From: a virus
Taxonomy: Duplodnaviria > Caudoviricetes
Reading direction: 5' to 3' (one strand)
Virus record (IMG/VR): IMGVR_UViG_3300032277_000024
Coordinates: 1-39,252 of that record
DNA length: 39,252 nt
Shown here one piece after another: positions 18,444 through 26,237 of the stretch. Both the position numbers and the translations under genes were made by a program. Positions within the stretch are counted from its first letter, which is position 1; every line of letters starts with the position of its first letter. The notes under the pieces are model-generated. The model worked only from the letters and a program-made list of their open reading frames with translations, did no database searches and was not told where the DNA came from.

Positions 18444-19113
18444 CTTTATTAAAGCATTGTATCACTGGTCAAAAATACGTAAGGACAAACCAGTCGATAG
18501 ACCTAAAAGACTTTTTAAGATAGTAAATTTGTTTGGAACTAAACGATATATGAAGACACGTGATAAGTTTCTTTCCAATCCAGACACTGCTGCTCTATTA
18601 GAAAGAGATAAAACCTTATCAGTCTTAATGTCTAACTACACAAAGTTTAAACGATATAAAAAAGGAACGCTTGGTAAAGAGATATATGAGTTTATGCAAT
18701 CAGAAGAAGTTGACTATGCTAAATTAATAGCAGACTTCGGAGGATTTACTGATGGCTACGATGCACGTGAAAGGGACATACATGATATTATCCACGTTGT
18801 TTTTGGCTATAGTCGCTCTCGCTTTGGGGAAGGCGCAACGATAGCTACACACTATTGGCAGGGTAATTCTTTTGGAATAGCCTTTGCTGTTTTTATGGGC
18901 ATTGCTCGACAGATGTTAATACAACCATCAACAGCTAGATTAATGTACACTGCTATTAGAGATGTATACAAAAGACAGAAGGGGATTAACTTTCATGCCT
19001 ACCCGTTTGAGGACAATTTAACAAAGGACATCAACATCATAAGGTATGAGCTTAAGATACCAAGTAAAACCCATGCAATCCAAACGGTTGACAGGTTATC
19101 TAAATGGGATTAG
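18436..19113 (+). CDS. Coq4-family protein (metal-binding HDxxH-x11-E)
   Basis: GTLGKEIYEFM and HDIIH-VVFGYSRSRFG-E give the exact Coq4 motif spacing; GTG start. Confidence 0.75.
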   Translation: MINFIKALYHWSKIRKDKPVDRPKRLFKIVNLFGTKRYMKTRDKFLSNPDTAALLERDKTLSVLMSNYTKFKRYKKGTLGKEIYEFMQSEEVDYAKLIADFGGFTDGYDARERDIHDIIHVVFGYSRSRFGEGATIATHYWQGNSFGIAFAVFMGIARQMLIQPSTARLMYTAIRDVYKRQKGINFHAYPFEDNLTKDINIIRYELKIPSKTHAIQTVDRLSKWD

Positions 19114-19131
19114 TATTATCTATTGTTTACA

Positions 19132-19641
19132 ATGAAATTTAAAATTAAAAAAGAAGACTACTTAGATAAAAAAATATTTGATAGGTTATATGATGAAGCC
19201 TATAGTAAAATAAGTTTTAACAGAAAAAAAGATTTAAACTTAAAGCAAGAGCTATGGACCAATACCAAAACAAAAACACTTTGTGTTTACTATTTAGATG
19301 ACTATATAGTAGGAATAGGTACTTACATTATTCGAAATAACATTATGTACTTCATAACTCCAACGTGGGGAAAGACAAAAGAAGGCTCTCATTCTTGGTG
19401 GTATACAGAAGAATATCAAGAAGCTCTTTCACAATTTATGAAAGACTTAGGAGTAACAACAATAATTGCGGGACATAATACAGATAGTCCAGCGGCAAAG
19501 GCTATAACAAAACACTTTGGATATTATGGTAAACATTTATCTAAAGCTACGTTACACAACCCTTCTGATGTAATGCCAGTTGATTTAGTAAAGTTTTACC
19601 CTAAACCAATGAAAGCATTTAGGGTAGAGATTAAAGCGTAG
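19132..19641 (+). CDS. Hypothetical protein, paralog of 21901..22452 (possible GNAT-like fold)
   Basis: FDRLYDEA, VYYLDDYIVG and GKTKEGSHSWWYTEE; start ATG 19132 or TTG 19123. Confidence 0.7.
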   Translation: MKFKIKKEDYLDKKIFDRLYDEAYSKISFNRKKDLNLKQELWTNTKTKTLCVYYLDDYIVGIGTYIIRNNIMYFITPTWGKTKEGSHSWWYTEEYQEALSQFMKDLGVTTIIAGHNTDSPAAKAITKHFGYYGKHLSKATLHNPSDVMPVDLVKFYPKPMKAFRVEIKA

Positions 19642-19643
19642 TA

Positions 19644-19672
19644 TTGCTTATTAGAGAGTTTTGTTGTATAAT
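19644..19672 (+). promoter_or_regulatory. sigma70-type promoter TTGCTT-17-TATAAT
   Basis: TTGCTT at 19644-19649, TATAAT at 19667-19672, in the intergenic gap before 19709. Confidence 0.65.
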
Positions 19673-19708
19673 AAACCAATTACTATTTCTAGCAGAAGGA
19701 CAAGAATA

Positions 19709-19873
19709 ATGAAAAATGTAGACAAAGGTGTAATTGATTTGGGAGCAATTGGTGTCACTACGGGAGCTTTATTTGAGGTTCTTCCTAGCATCACTGCTTT
19801 AGCTTCGCTTATATGGGTTCTTCTAAGAATCTACGAAACAGAAACAGTTCAAAAATTATTAAAGAAACAGTAG
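19709..19873 (+). CDS. Small membrane protein, holin-like (54 aa)
   Basis: ATG 19709 with GAAGGA SD; LPSITALASLIWVLLRIYETETVQKLL, TM segment with basic tail. Confidence 0.6.
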   Translation: MKNVDKGVIDLGAIGVTTGALFEVLPSITALASLIWVLLRIYETETVQKLLKKQ

Positions 19874-19882
19874 GATAAAAAT

Positions 19883-21184
19883 ATGGCATCAACGTATACA
19901 ACACGAGTAGGTCTTGAAAAGCAGGGTGATGGCGAAAATGCTAACACATGGGGACTTGTTCTTAATACAAATGTAATTGACCTTGTAGATGAAGCTGTTG
20001 CTGGATACGAAACGATTAGTCTTGCAGGGGGTGGCATCACACTAACAGATGACGATGGAACATCAAACCAAGCTAGAAACTTTGGATTAAAGTTTAACGG
20101 TGCATTAAGTGCTGATACTACGGTAGTTGTTCCTGCTAAAGAAAAAATTTATTTTGTACATAACAGTACAACAGAAAACTTTAATATCTTTTTAAAACCT
20201 TCAGGCGGCACTGCGGTAACAGTTGTAGATTCTGGGAGAAGCATGATAGCTGCTGTAGATGGTTTAAATATTAACCTATTAGAAAGCGTAGACCCAGCTG
20301 TTTTTGCTACTAAAGTAGAAGTTCAAACACTATCTGCTACGATGGCAACTAGCATTGCGAATGTATCTGCAACTCTTGAAACACGAATTGCTGGAGTATC
20401 AAGTACTCTTGCTTCTACTTCGGCAACTTTAAACAGCAGAATTAATACAGTGTCTTCAACGATGGCTACCAGTATTAACAATAGCAACGTAGCTCGTGCT
20501 TCTTTATCTGCGACTATGGCAACAAGTATTAACAACAGTAATACAGCTATTGCTGCAGTGTCTTCTACAATGGCTACCAGCATTAACAGCAGCAACTTAG
20601 CAATTACTTCTATTAATAATATTCTTAATGGCGGTGCTGCTTTTGCAAGCGCAGGCACATCAGCAACTCTTCAAACTAAACTTGACACTACTTATAAAAC
20701 CAATATAGCTAATACGGTAAGCGCAGGAACATTTACTCTTCTTGATAGTGTTGCGCTTAATATAGGCACGGACTCAGACGCAGAGCTTTATAACAATGGT
20801 TCTCATTTATACCTAGATGTAAATAATAGCCAGAACTTTTATATTAGGGATGGTGCGGATTCTAATGCAACAAAGTTTACATTCACTGTAACCGCTGGTG
20901 ATTTTACAGCAGCTGGCGACATTACAGCATTCTCAGACGAAAGACTTAAAGACAATGTAGAAACACTTGACGGCAGTAAAGTATTTGATATGCGGGGTGT
21001 TTCGTTTACTAAAGATGGTAAAGAAGGTTCAGGTGTTATTGCTCAAGAGATTGAAGAGATTGCTCCAGAACTTGTTAACAATACAGGAGAATATAAATCT
21101 GTTGCTTATGGTAACTTAGTAGGTTATTTAATCGAAGCAATTAAAATTCTTAAAGATGAAGTTAATGAACTAAAAGGGAAGTAA
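19883..21184 (+). CDS. Second tail fibre/spike with C-terminal peptidase S74 intramolecular chaperone
   Basis: N-terminal MASTYT..GLEKQ..GEN.NTWG anchor, MATSI repeats, then SDERLKDNV...GVIAQEIE..APELV...VAYGNLVGYLIEAIK. Confidence 0.85.
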   Translation: MASTYTTRVGLEKQGDGENANTWGLVLNTNVIDLVDEAVAGYETISLAGGGITLTDDDGTSNQARNFGLKFNGALSADTTVVVPAKEKIYFVHNSTTENFNIFLKPSGGTAVTVVDSGRSMIAAVDGLNINLLESVDPAVFATKVEVQTLSATMATSIANVSATLETRIAGVSSTLASTSATLNSRINTVSSTMATSINNSNVARASLSATMATSINNSNTAIAAVSSTMATSINSSNLAITSINNILNGGAAFASAGTSATLQTKLDTTYKTNIANTVSAGTFTLLDSVALNIGTDSDAELYNNGSHLYLDVNNSQNFYIRDGADSNATKFTFTVTAGDFTAAGDITAFSDERLKDNVETLDGSKVFDMRGVSFTKDGKEGSGVIAQEIEEIAPELVNNTGEYKSVAYGNLVGYLIEAIKILKDEVNELKGK

Positions 21185-21185
21185 T

Positions 21186-21899
21186 ATGCCAGGACTTTCT
21201 GCGACAAACATAACCTTAGAAACTATTGCCTCAGTGTATGACGGAGTTCCAGGAACTTCTTCTATTAGTCTCAGTAATTATTATAGAGTAAGTTCTACTC
21301 TTCTTTTTACCAATAATGTAGATTTATATGACGAAGATAGGGCTGATGGCCCGCCTTATGATATTCACGTAAGGCCAGAAATTTCTACTGTTCCAATTAT
21401 TACTGTTTCAACAACTCCAGTTAGCGCTCAACTTCCTATTTCATTTTCTGACTTCAGCAATACCAACAACAAAGCGCCTACTTATTCAAAGAAATTTATA
21501 GTAGGTATTAGAGAAGGAATTAAGGGAGCTCCTGATACGTATGGATATGATTTAAATTTAAATGTTTTAACTGGTCCTTTCGGCAGTATTAATAATAGAT
21601 ACCTTTCTATACCTGGTGTTACAGCTACTGACAATTATTACAACCATGGTATTAATGAAATAACACAAAATGACACTGGTACATTTAGAATTACAATGAG
21701 TAATACTAACAACGGAAATACAGGGTGGTCTAATATACAACTTTTTGATAATGGAGGAACAAAACAAGTAAGCATTAATAGAACTGATTTTGGTTCTTTT
21801 AATACAACCATTGCAAGGGCTGTGTGGGGAGAGAATATCGGCAACTCTTTTTTAAGAACTAGGTCTGCAGGAACTACAGTTACAATGGAATTTAATTAA
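21186..21899 (+). CDS. Putative tail tip/receptor-binding accessory protein
   Basis: 237 aa, Asn/Thr/Ser-rich, with ISLSNYY and ISFSDF motifs typical of genes following S74 fibres. Confidence 0.55.
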   Translation: MPGLSATNITLETIASVYDGVPGTSSISLSNYYRVSSTLLFTNNVDLYDEDRADGPPYDIHVRPEISTVPIITVSTTPVSAQLPISFSDFSNTNNKAPTYSKKFIVGIREGIKGAPDTYGYDLNLNVLTGPFGSINNRYLSIPGVTATDNYYNHGINEITQNDTGTFRITMSNTNNGNTGWSNIQLFDNGGTKQVSINRTDFGSFNTTIARAVWGENIGNSFLRTRSAGTTVTMEFN

Positions 21900-21900
21900 A

Positions 21901-22452
21901 ATGAGCTATACATTAGAATATCCAGCAAAGGTAGATAGACAAACTTTTGAAAGATTGTTTGATGAAGCTGAAAGTTACGCACAACCTGAAATAGACCGTG
22001 TAGGAGGAAGGGAAAAACTTCTTGAAGGAATGTGGAAAGACCACAACTCTGAGCAATGGGAATCACGTGTATATAAAGTAGATGATTACGTTGTAGGGTG
22101 TGGTCTTTTTAAACGTGATGTTCCTTTAGATGATGACAGGTATTTGTTTTATTTTGAAACATTACTTGGAAGAACACGGGAAGGCTCTAAAGCTTGGTGG
22201 TATTCTGAAGAAGCTGTTAAAGCAGAAAAAAAGTTTTTGTTAGACAACTCTATGGTCGGTACAGTTTCTCCTGTTAATGTAGACGCAAGACCTTTTTCTG
22301 TTGCGGGAGAAAGAACATGTAAATCTTTTGACGGACAACAATATTTTTCAAAGTATTCTTTTAGAACTATGCGAGAAACTTTTCCAGAGCTTATGGGAGA
22401 TGTGTTTCAATATCCTGAAAATCAATTTCAAATTTTAAAGATAGATATATAA
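21901..22452 (+). CDS. Hypothetical protein, paralog of 19132..19641
   Basis: FERLFDEA, VYKVDDYVVG and GRTREGSKAWWYSEE. Confidence 0.7.
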   Translation: MSYTLEYPAKVDRQTFERLFDEAESYAQPEIDRVGGREKLLEGMWKDHNSEQWESRVYKVDDYVVGCGLFKRDVPLDDDRYLFYFETLLGRTREGSKAWWYSEEAVKAEKKFLLDNSMVGTVSPVNVDARPFSVAGERTCKSFDGQQYFSKYSFRTMRETFPELMGDVFQYPENQFQILKIDI

Positions 22453-22453
22453 T

Positions 22454-24310
22454 ATGGCATCAACTGACACAAGGCCGCTAACGCTAAACTTCTTACCTGG
22501 TTTTCATAGAGAGTCTACACAGTACTCTGAGGAAGGCAAATGGTATGATGGTAATCGTGTGCGCTTTCGTGAAGGTAAGCCAGAAAATCTTAGAGGATAT
22601 TTAAAGTTTTCTGAAGATGTAATAAGCGGTGTTGCTAGAGATATTCTAACTTGGAGTGATAATGAAACTAGACCATACGTAGCTATAGGTACGAATGTTC
22701 AATTATATACTATTCAAAATGAAGTGCAGTATGATGTAACGCCAATTACTTTTACAGTTTCTGTTTCAGGAAACTTTACAACTTATACAGACAAAACTTT
22801 AGTTCGTGTTAGCATGACTAATACCCCTGTTAGCACAGGCGATAGAGTTCAGTTTGTTGATGTTAATACTTTAGGCGGCAATTTAAATATTAATGGCATT
22901 TCAACAGCTGTAAGTATTTCGGGAACAAATAGTTTTTATATTGATGCGGGAACAACAGCATCTTCTGCAGCTGCCGACCAAGGGACAACGGGTAGTATTA
23001 ATGTTCTTTTAAATGTAGCAGAGCCAAATGCTATTCAAGGTTTGGGCTATGGTGCTGGTGTATATAATGCTGGTGTCTCCGTTAGCGGAGCTAGAGCTTG
23101 GAATGAGCCAGCAGAGTCAAGTGACATTGTTTTGCTTCCTGCTATGTGGGAGCTTGACAACTGGGGCGAAGACCTTATGGCTTTGCGTAGAGGAGACAAC
23201 CTATACTACTTAGATATTGATGCCTCTCTTACTCCAGTAAGGGCTGTGAATGTTACAGCTTCTCCTACAGCAACCACCTTCCTTGTGTCTCCCAATGATA
23301 GGCACGTTGTTTGTTATGGGGCTAGAGCTTTTGCTACAACAGTAGGAACAGGAACTAACCCTATGTTGGTTCGTTGGTCTGACCAAGAAGACTTTACCAA
23401 TTGGACACCTAGTGCTATAACAACTTCAGGCGAGGTTGTACTGGCTGAAGGCTCAAGAATTATCGGAGCCAATCGTTCTCGTAATGCTATTAATATTTGG
23501 ACAGACAAAGCTATGTATACGCAATCTTTTGTTGGCCCTCCTTTTATCTTTAACTTTACACAGGTTGGTTCTAACTGCGGATTAATTGGGCAACATGCTT
23601 CTGTTGATTATGATGGTGTTTCTTTTTGGATGGGCGACAATAACTTCTATGCGTTTGATGGTAGAGTACAAACTTTACCTTGTACAATTAGACGCCATAT
23701 ATTTGAAAACTTTAATTATACAAATAAAGAAAAAGTATACGCAGGCATTAATGCAGAGTTTAAAGAAATTATTTGGTTGTATCCATCAAGCGGAAGCACT
23801 GAACCAGACTCGTATGTTATCTATAATGTAGAAGAACGTACGTGGGTATATGGTAAATTATTTGAGAACGGAACGGTAACTGTTTTTGCTGACAAAACTG
23901 TTTATCCTAATACTCTTACCGTAGGAAGCACTACAGGCTCTGGAACAATTTCCTATTTGTTTAACAACGAGCCTAACAATATTTATACAGGAGAAGGAGT
24001 TGCTCTTCCATCTTTCTTGGAATCTGCTGAGTTTGATTTGGAAGAAGGTAAGAAGATGATGTTCTTGGATAGAATTATTCCTGATTACTATCTTGATTCA
24101 AACGAATCTGTTGAAATGACAATTGAAATTAAAGACTATCCAAATGCACCAACAAGAACTAAGGGGCCATTTACTATTGCACAGGGAACGCAGAAGGTAG
24201 ACTTTAGAGCCAGAGGTCGATTGGCTAATGTAAAGGTATCTGCTAATAGCACGGGTGCGTGGAGATGGGGTTCTGTTAGAATGTCTATGCAGCCAGATGG
24301 AGACAGATAA
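22454..24310 (+). CDS. Tail nozzle / P22 gp10-like DNA stabilisation protein
   Basis: W.DGNRVRFREG.PE, W.LDNWGEDL, LVRWSDQED...W.P, IWTD.A.Y, V.TLPC.I, EIIWLYP, DFRARGR and QPDGDR. Confidence 0.8.
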   Translation: MASTDTRPLTLNFLPGFHRESTQYSEEGKWYDGNRVRFREGKPENLRGYLKFSEDVISGVARDILTWSDNETRPYVAIGTNVQLYTIQNEVQYDVTPITFTVSVSGNFTTYTDKTLVRVSMTNTPVSTGDRVQFVDVNTLGGNLNINGISTAVSISGTNSFYIDAGTTASSAAADQGTTGSINVLLNVAEPNAIQGLGYGAGVYNAGVSVSGARAWNEPAESSDIVLLPAMWELDNWGEDLMALRRGDNLYYLDIDASLTPVRAVNVTASPTATTFLVSPNDRHVVCYGARAFATTVGTGTNPMLVRWSDQEDFTNWTPSAITTSGEVVLAEGSRIIGANRSRNAINIWTDKAMYTQSFVGPPFIFNFTQVGSNCGLIGQHASVDYDGVSFWMGDNNFYAFDGRVQTLPCTIRRHIFENFNYTNKEKVYAGINAEFKEIIWLYPSSGSTEPDSYVIYNVEERTWVYGKLFENGTVTVFADKTVYPNTLTVGSTTGSGTISYLFNNEPNNIYTGEGVALPSFLESAEFDLEEGKKMMFLDRIIPDYYLDSNESVEMTIEIKDYPNAPTRTKGPFTIAQGTQKVDFRARGRLANVKVSANSTGAWRWGSVRMSMQPDGDR

Positions 24311-24579
24311 TGGCTACGTATCCTGGATTACCTAGTTACACAAAGATTACTACAGTGCAACAACTAGAAGATATTGTTCGTACATTTGTAAATGAATTGA
24401 CAAGAGAACTTGACTTAGAAGACCAGAAGCAAACAAACGCACCTTCTACTAAAATCTATACAGTAACAACTGTAACGGAAATTGGTAGACCTGCACAGGG
24501 AGATGTTGCTTATTCTGTTAGCTCAAGTAAGTTTAGAGGGTATACCACAACGGCAACGGGGTGGGTAGATTTTAATTAG
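24310..24579 (+). CDS. Small tail-associated protein (needle/plug position)
   Basis: 89 aa, coupled to the nozzle gene; function inferred from position only. Confidence 0.55.
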   Translation: MATYPGLPSYTKITTVQQLEDIVRTFVNELTRELDLEDQKQTNAPSTKIYTVTTVTEIGRPAQGDVAYSVSSSKFRGYTTTATGWVDFN

Positions 24580-24583
24580 GGTA

Positions 24584-24612
24584 TGGTATATTAACAACAA
24601 ATATAGTATAAT
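24584..24612 (+). promoter_or_regulatory. Possible sigma70-type promoter TGGTAT-17-TATAAT
   Basis: TATAAT at 24607-24612 in the intergenic gap; -35 box is weak. Confidence 0.45.
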
Positions 24613-24639
24613 AAAGGCAATTAAATAAAGGAACAAACT

Positions 24640-25818
24640 ATGGCATATGGACAAAATATGAACGCACCTATGGCGGGGATGACGGGACTAGCTGCTCTTA
24701 AAGGCAGGCAGGGTGATAACACTTTGGTTCATGTTAACCCAATGGAACTTAAAGCTTTAGATAACATGGCTCCAGGGGGTCTTACACGTAATCCATATAC
24801 AGGTTTGCCTGAAGCATTTAAACTTAAAGACCTTCTTCCTACATTAGGGGCTATTGCTGGTACTGTGTTTCTTGGTCCTGCATATGGTGCAATAGTTGGA
24901 AGTGGTCTTGGCGCTGCAGGCGGTACAGCATTAGCAGGTGGTAATACAGAAGAAATTTTAGGGGCTGGTCTTGTATCAGGCGCTACTGCTGGTTTGTTTG
25001 GAGGTGCTTCTCCTGCCGCAGCAGCAGACAAAGCAGCACAAGAAACTATTAAAGAAACGCTTGCACAAGAAACAGCAGGACAAGCAGGTACTGGCTCATT
25101 ATTAGCCGATACTGCCACTACTACTGGCACTAGTTTTATTCCAGATAGTATTAAAAATTTTGCAAAAGCTCCAATTAAAACAGCAGCAGATTTTTTACCA
25201 GACAGTATATCTCCTACAGCTGGTTACTTAGACGCAAATAAATTAGCTGCTGCAACAGCCGATACAGGCCTTCGAACTGCTGCGCAAAAAGCAGCAACAC
25301 AAGCAGGCAGAGAAGCTTTAGTTAAACAAGGTTTAGCTGGTGCAGCGGGTGCAGCTTTGGCTACCCCTGTTAATATGCCTGGTGAACCTCCAGTAGGGCC
25401 AGCAGTAGGCCAAGAGTTTAAAGCAGAGCAAACAGCCAGCCGAGAAGACATTGATAAATATATTAGACAAGGTGGTGTAATGCCTAGTTTCTTTAATACA
25501 GGTTTTGTACAAGCAGAAGAAGGCGGTCAAATTGCTACCGCACCTATGTTCTCTGGCAAGGTAGAAGGCAGGGGCGATGGTATGTCTGATGAAGTACCTT
25601 TTGAAGTAGTAGGTGACCCAGAAATTGATACAGCAATGTTAAGTCCAGATGAGTATGTTATGGACGCATATACAGTAGCGGCACTTGGCAACGGTTCGTC
25701 CGATGCAGGTGCTGAAAAATTAGACGCATTTAGGAAAGAGTTGAGAGACAGGGTATACGGAAAGAAGGAGCAGCCTAAAGAAATAGATGGTGCTAAAGAA
25801 CTTAGTAAACTTGCTTAA
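24640..25818 (+). CDS. Putative internal virion/ejection protein
   Basis: GRQGDNTLVHVNP.E, NPYTGLPEA, Gly/Ala hydrophobic segment, GDGMSDEVP...LSPDEYV...LGNGSSDAGA. Confidence 0.65.
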   Translation: MAYGQNMNAPMAGMTGLAALKGRQGDNTLVHVNPMELKALDNMAPGGLTRNPYTGLPEAFKLKDLLPTLGAIAGTVFLGPAYGAIVGSGLGAAGGTALAGGNTEEILGAGLVSGATAGLFGGASPAAAADKAAQETIKETLAQETAGQAGTGSLLADTATTTGTSFIPDSIKNFAKAPIKTAADFLPDSISPTAGYLDANKLAAATADTGLRTAAQKAATQAGREALVKQGLAGAAGAALATPVNMPGEPPVGPAVGQEFKAEQTASREDIDKYIRQGGVMPSFFNTGFVQAEEGGQIATAPMFSGKVEGRGDGMSDEVPFEVVGDPEIDTAMLSPDEYVMDAYTVAALGNGSSDAGAEKLDAFRKELRDRVYGKKEQPKEIDGAKELSKLA

Positions 25819-26237
25819 TGAACCAAGAGTATTATCAGGTGCATCCACAAGATGTACATCAAAACTGGGAATTGTTTGAAGCTTTAATTTATAAAGCAAT
25901 GACAAAGACCCAACAAGAAGAATACAGCCTACAAGGTTGTTACACTAGATTAACAAACAATCAATGGCAGTTGTTTGTAATATTAAAAGAAGGTGAGCTT
26001 GAATCTATTATAGTTACTTCCGTACTTCCTTTTGATATATGTTGTTATTTAAATCCTATGTTTATTACTGGAGTGGGCAACAACAAAGTAGATTTAGATT
26101 ACATGCAAAAGTGTCTTGAAGAAATTGCTGTTAAATTTAAATGCGATAAGATTATAGGTGGCGGCAGAAAAGGATGGAAAAAAGTTTTAAGTAAATTTGG
26201 ATACAAAGACCTTAACTTGGTGGTAAAACAATTATGA
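25818..26237 (+). CDS. Putative acetyltransferase-fold virion assembly protein (P22 gp14/T7 gp13 position)
   Basis: WQLFV, IAVKFKCDKIIGGGRKGWKKVL..FGY pattern; sits immediately before the ejection protein. Confidence 0.55.
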   Translation: MNQEYYQVHPQDVHQNWELFEALIYKAMTKTQQEEYSLQGCYTRLTNNQWQLFVILKEGELESIIVTSVLPFDICCYLNPMFITGVGNNKVDLDYMQKCLEEIAVKFKCDKIIGGGRKGWKKVLSKFGYKDLNLVVKQL

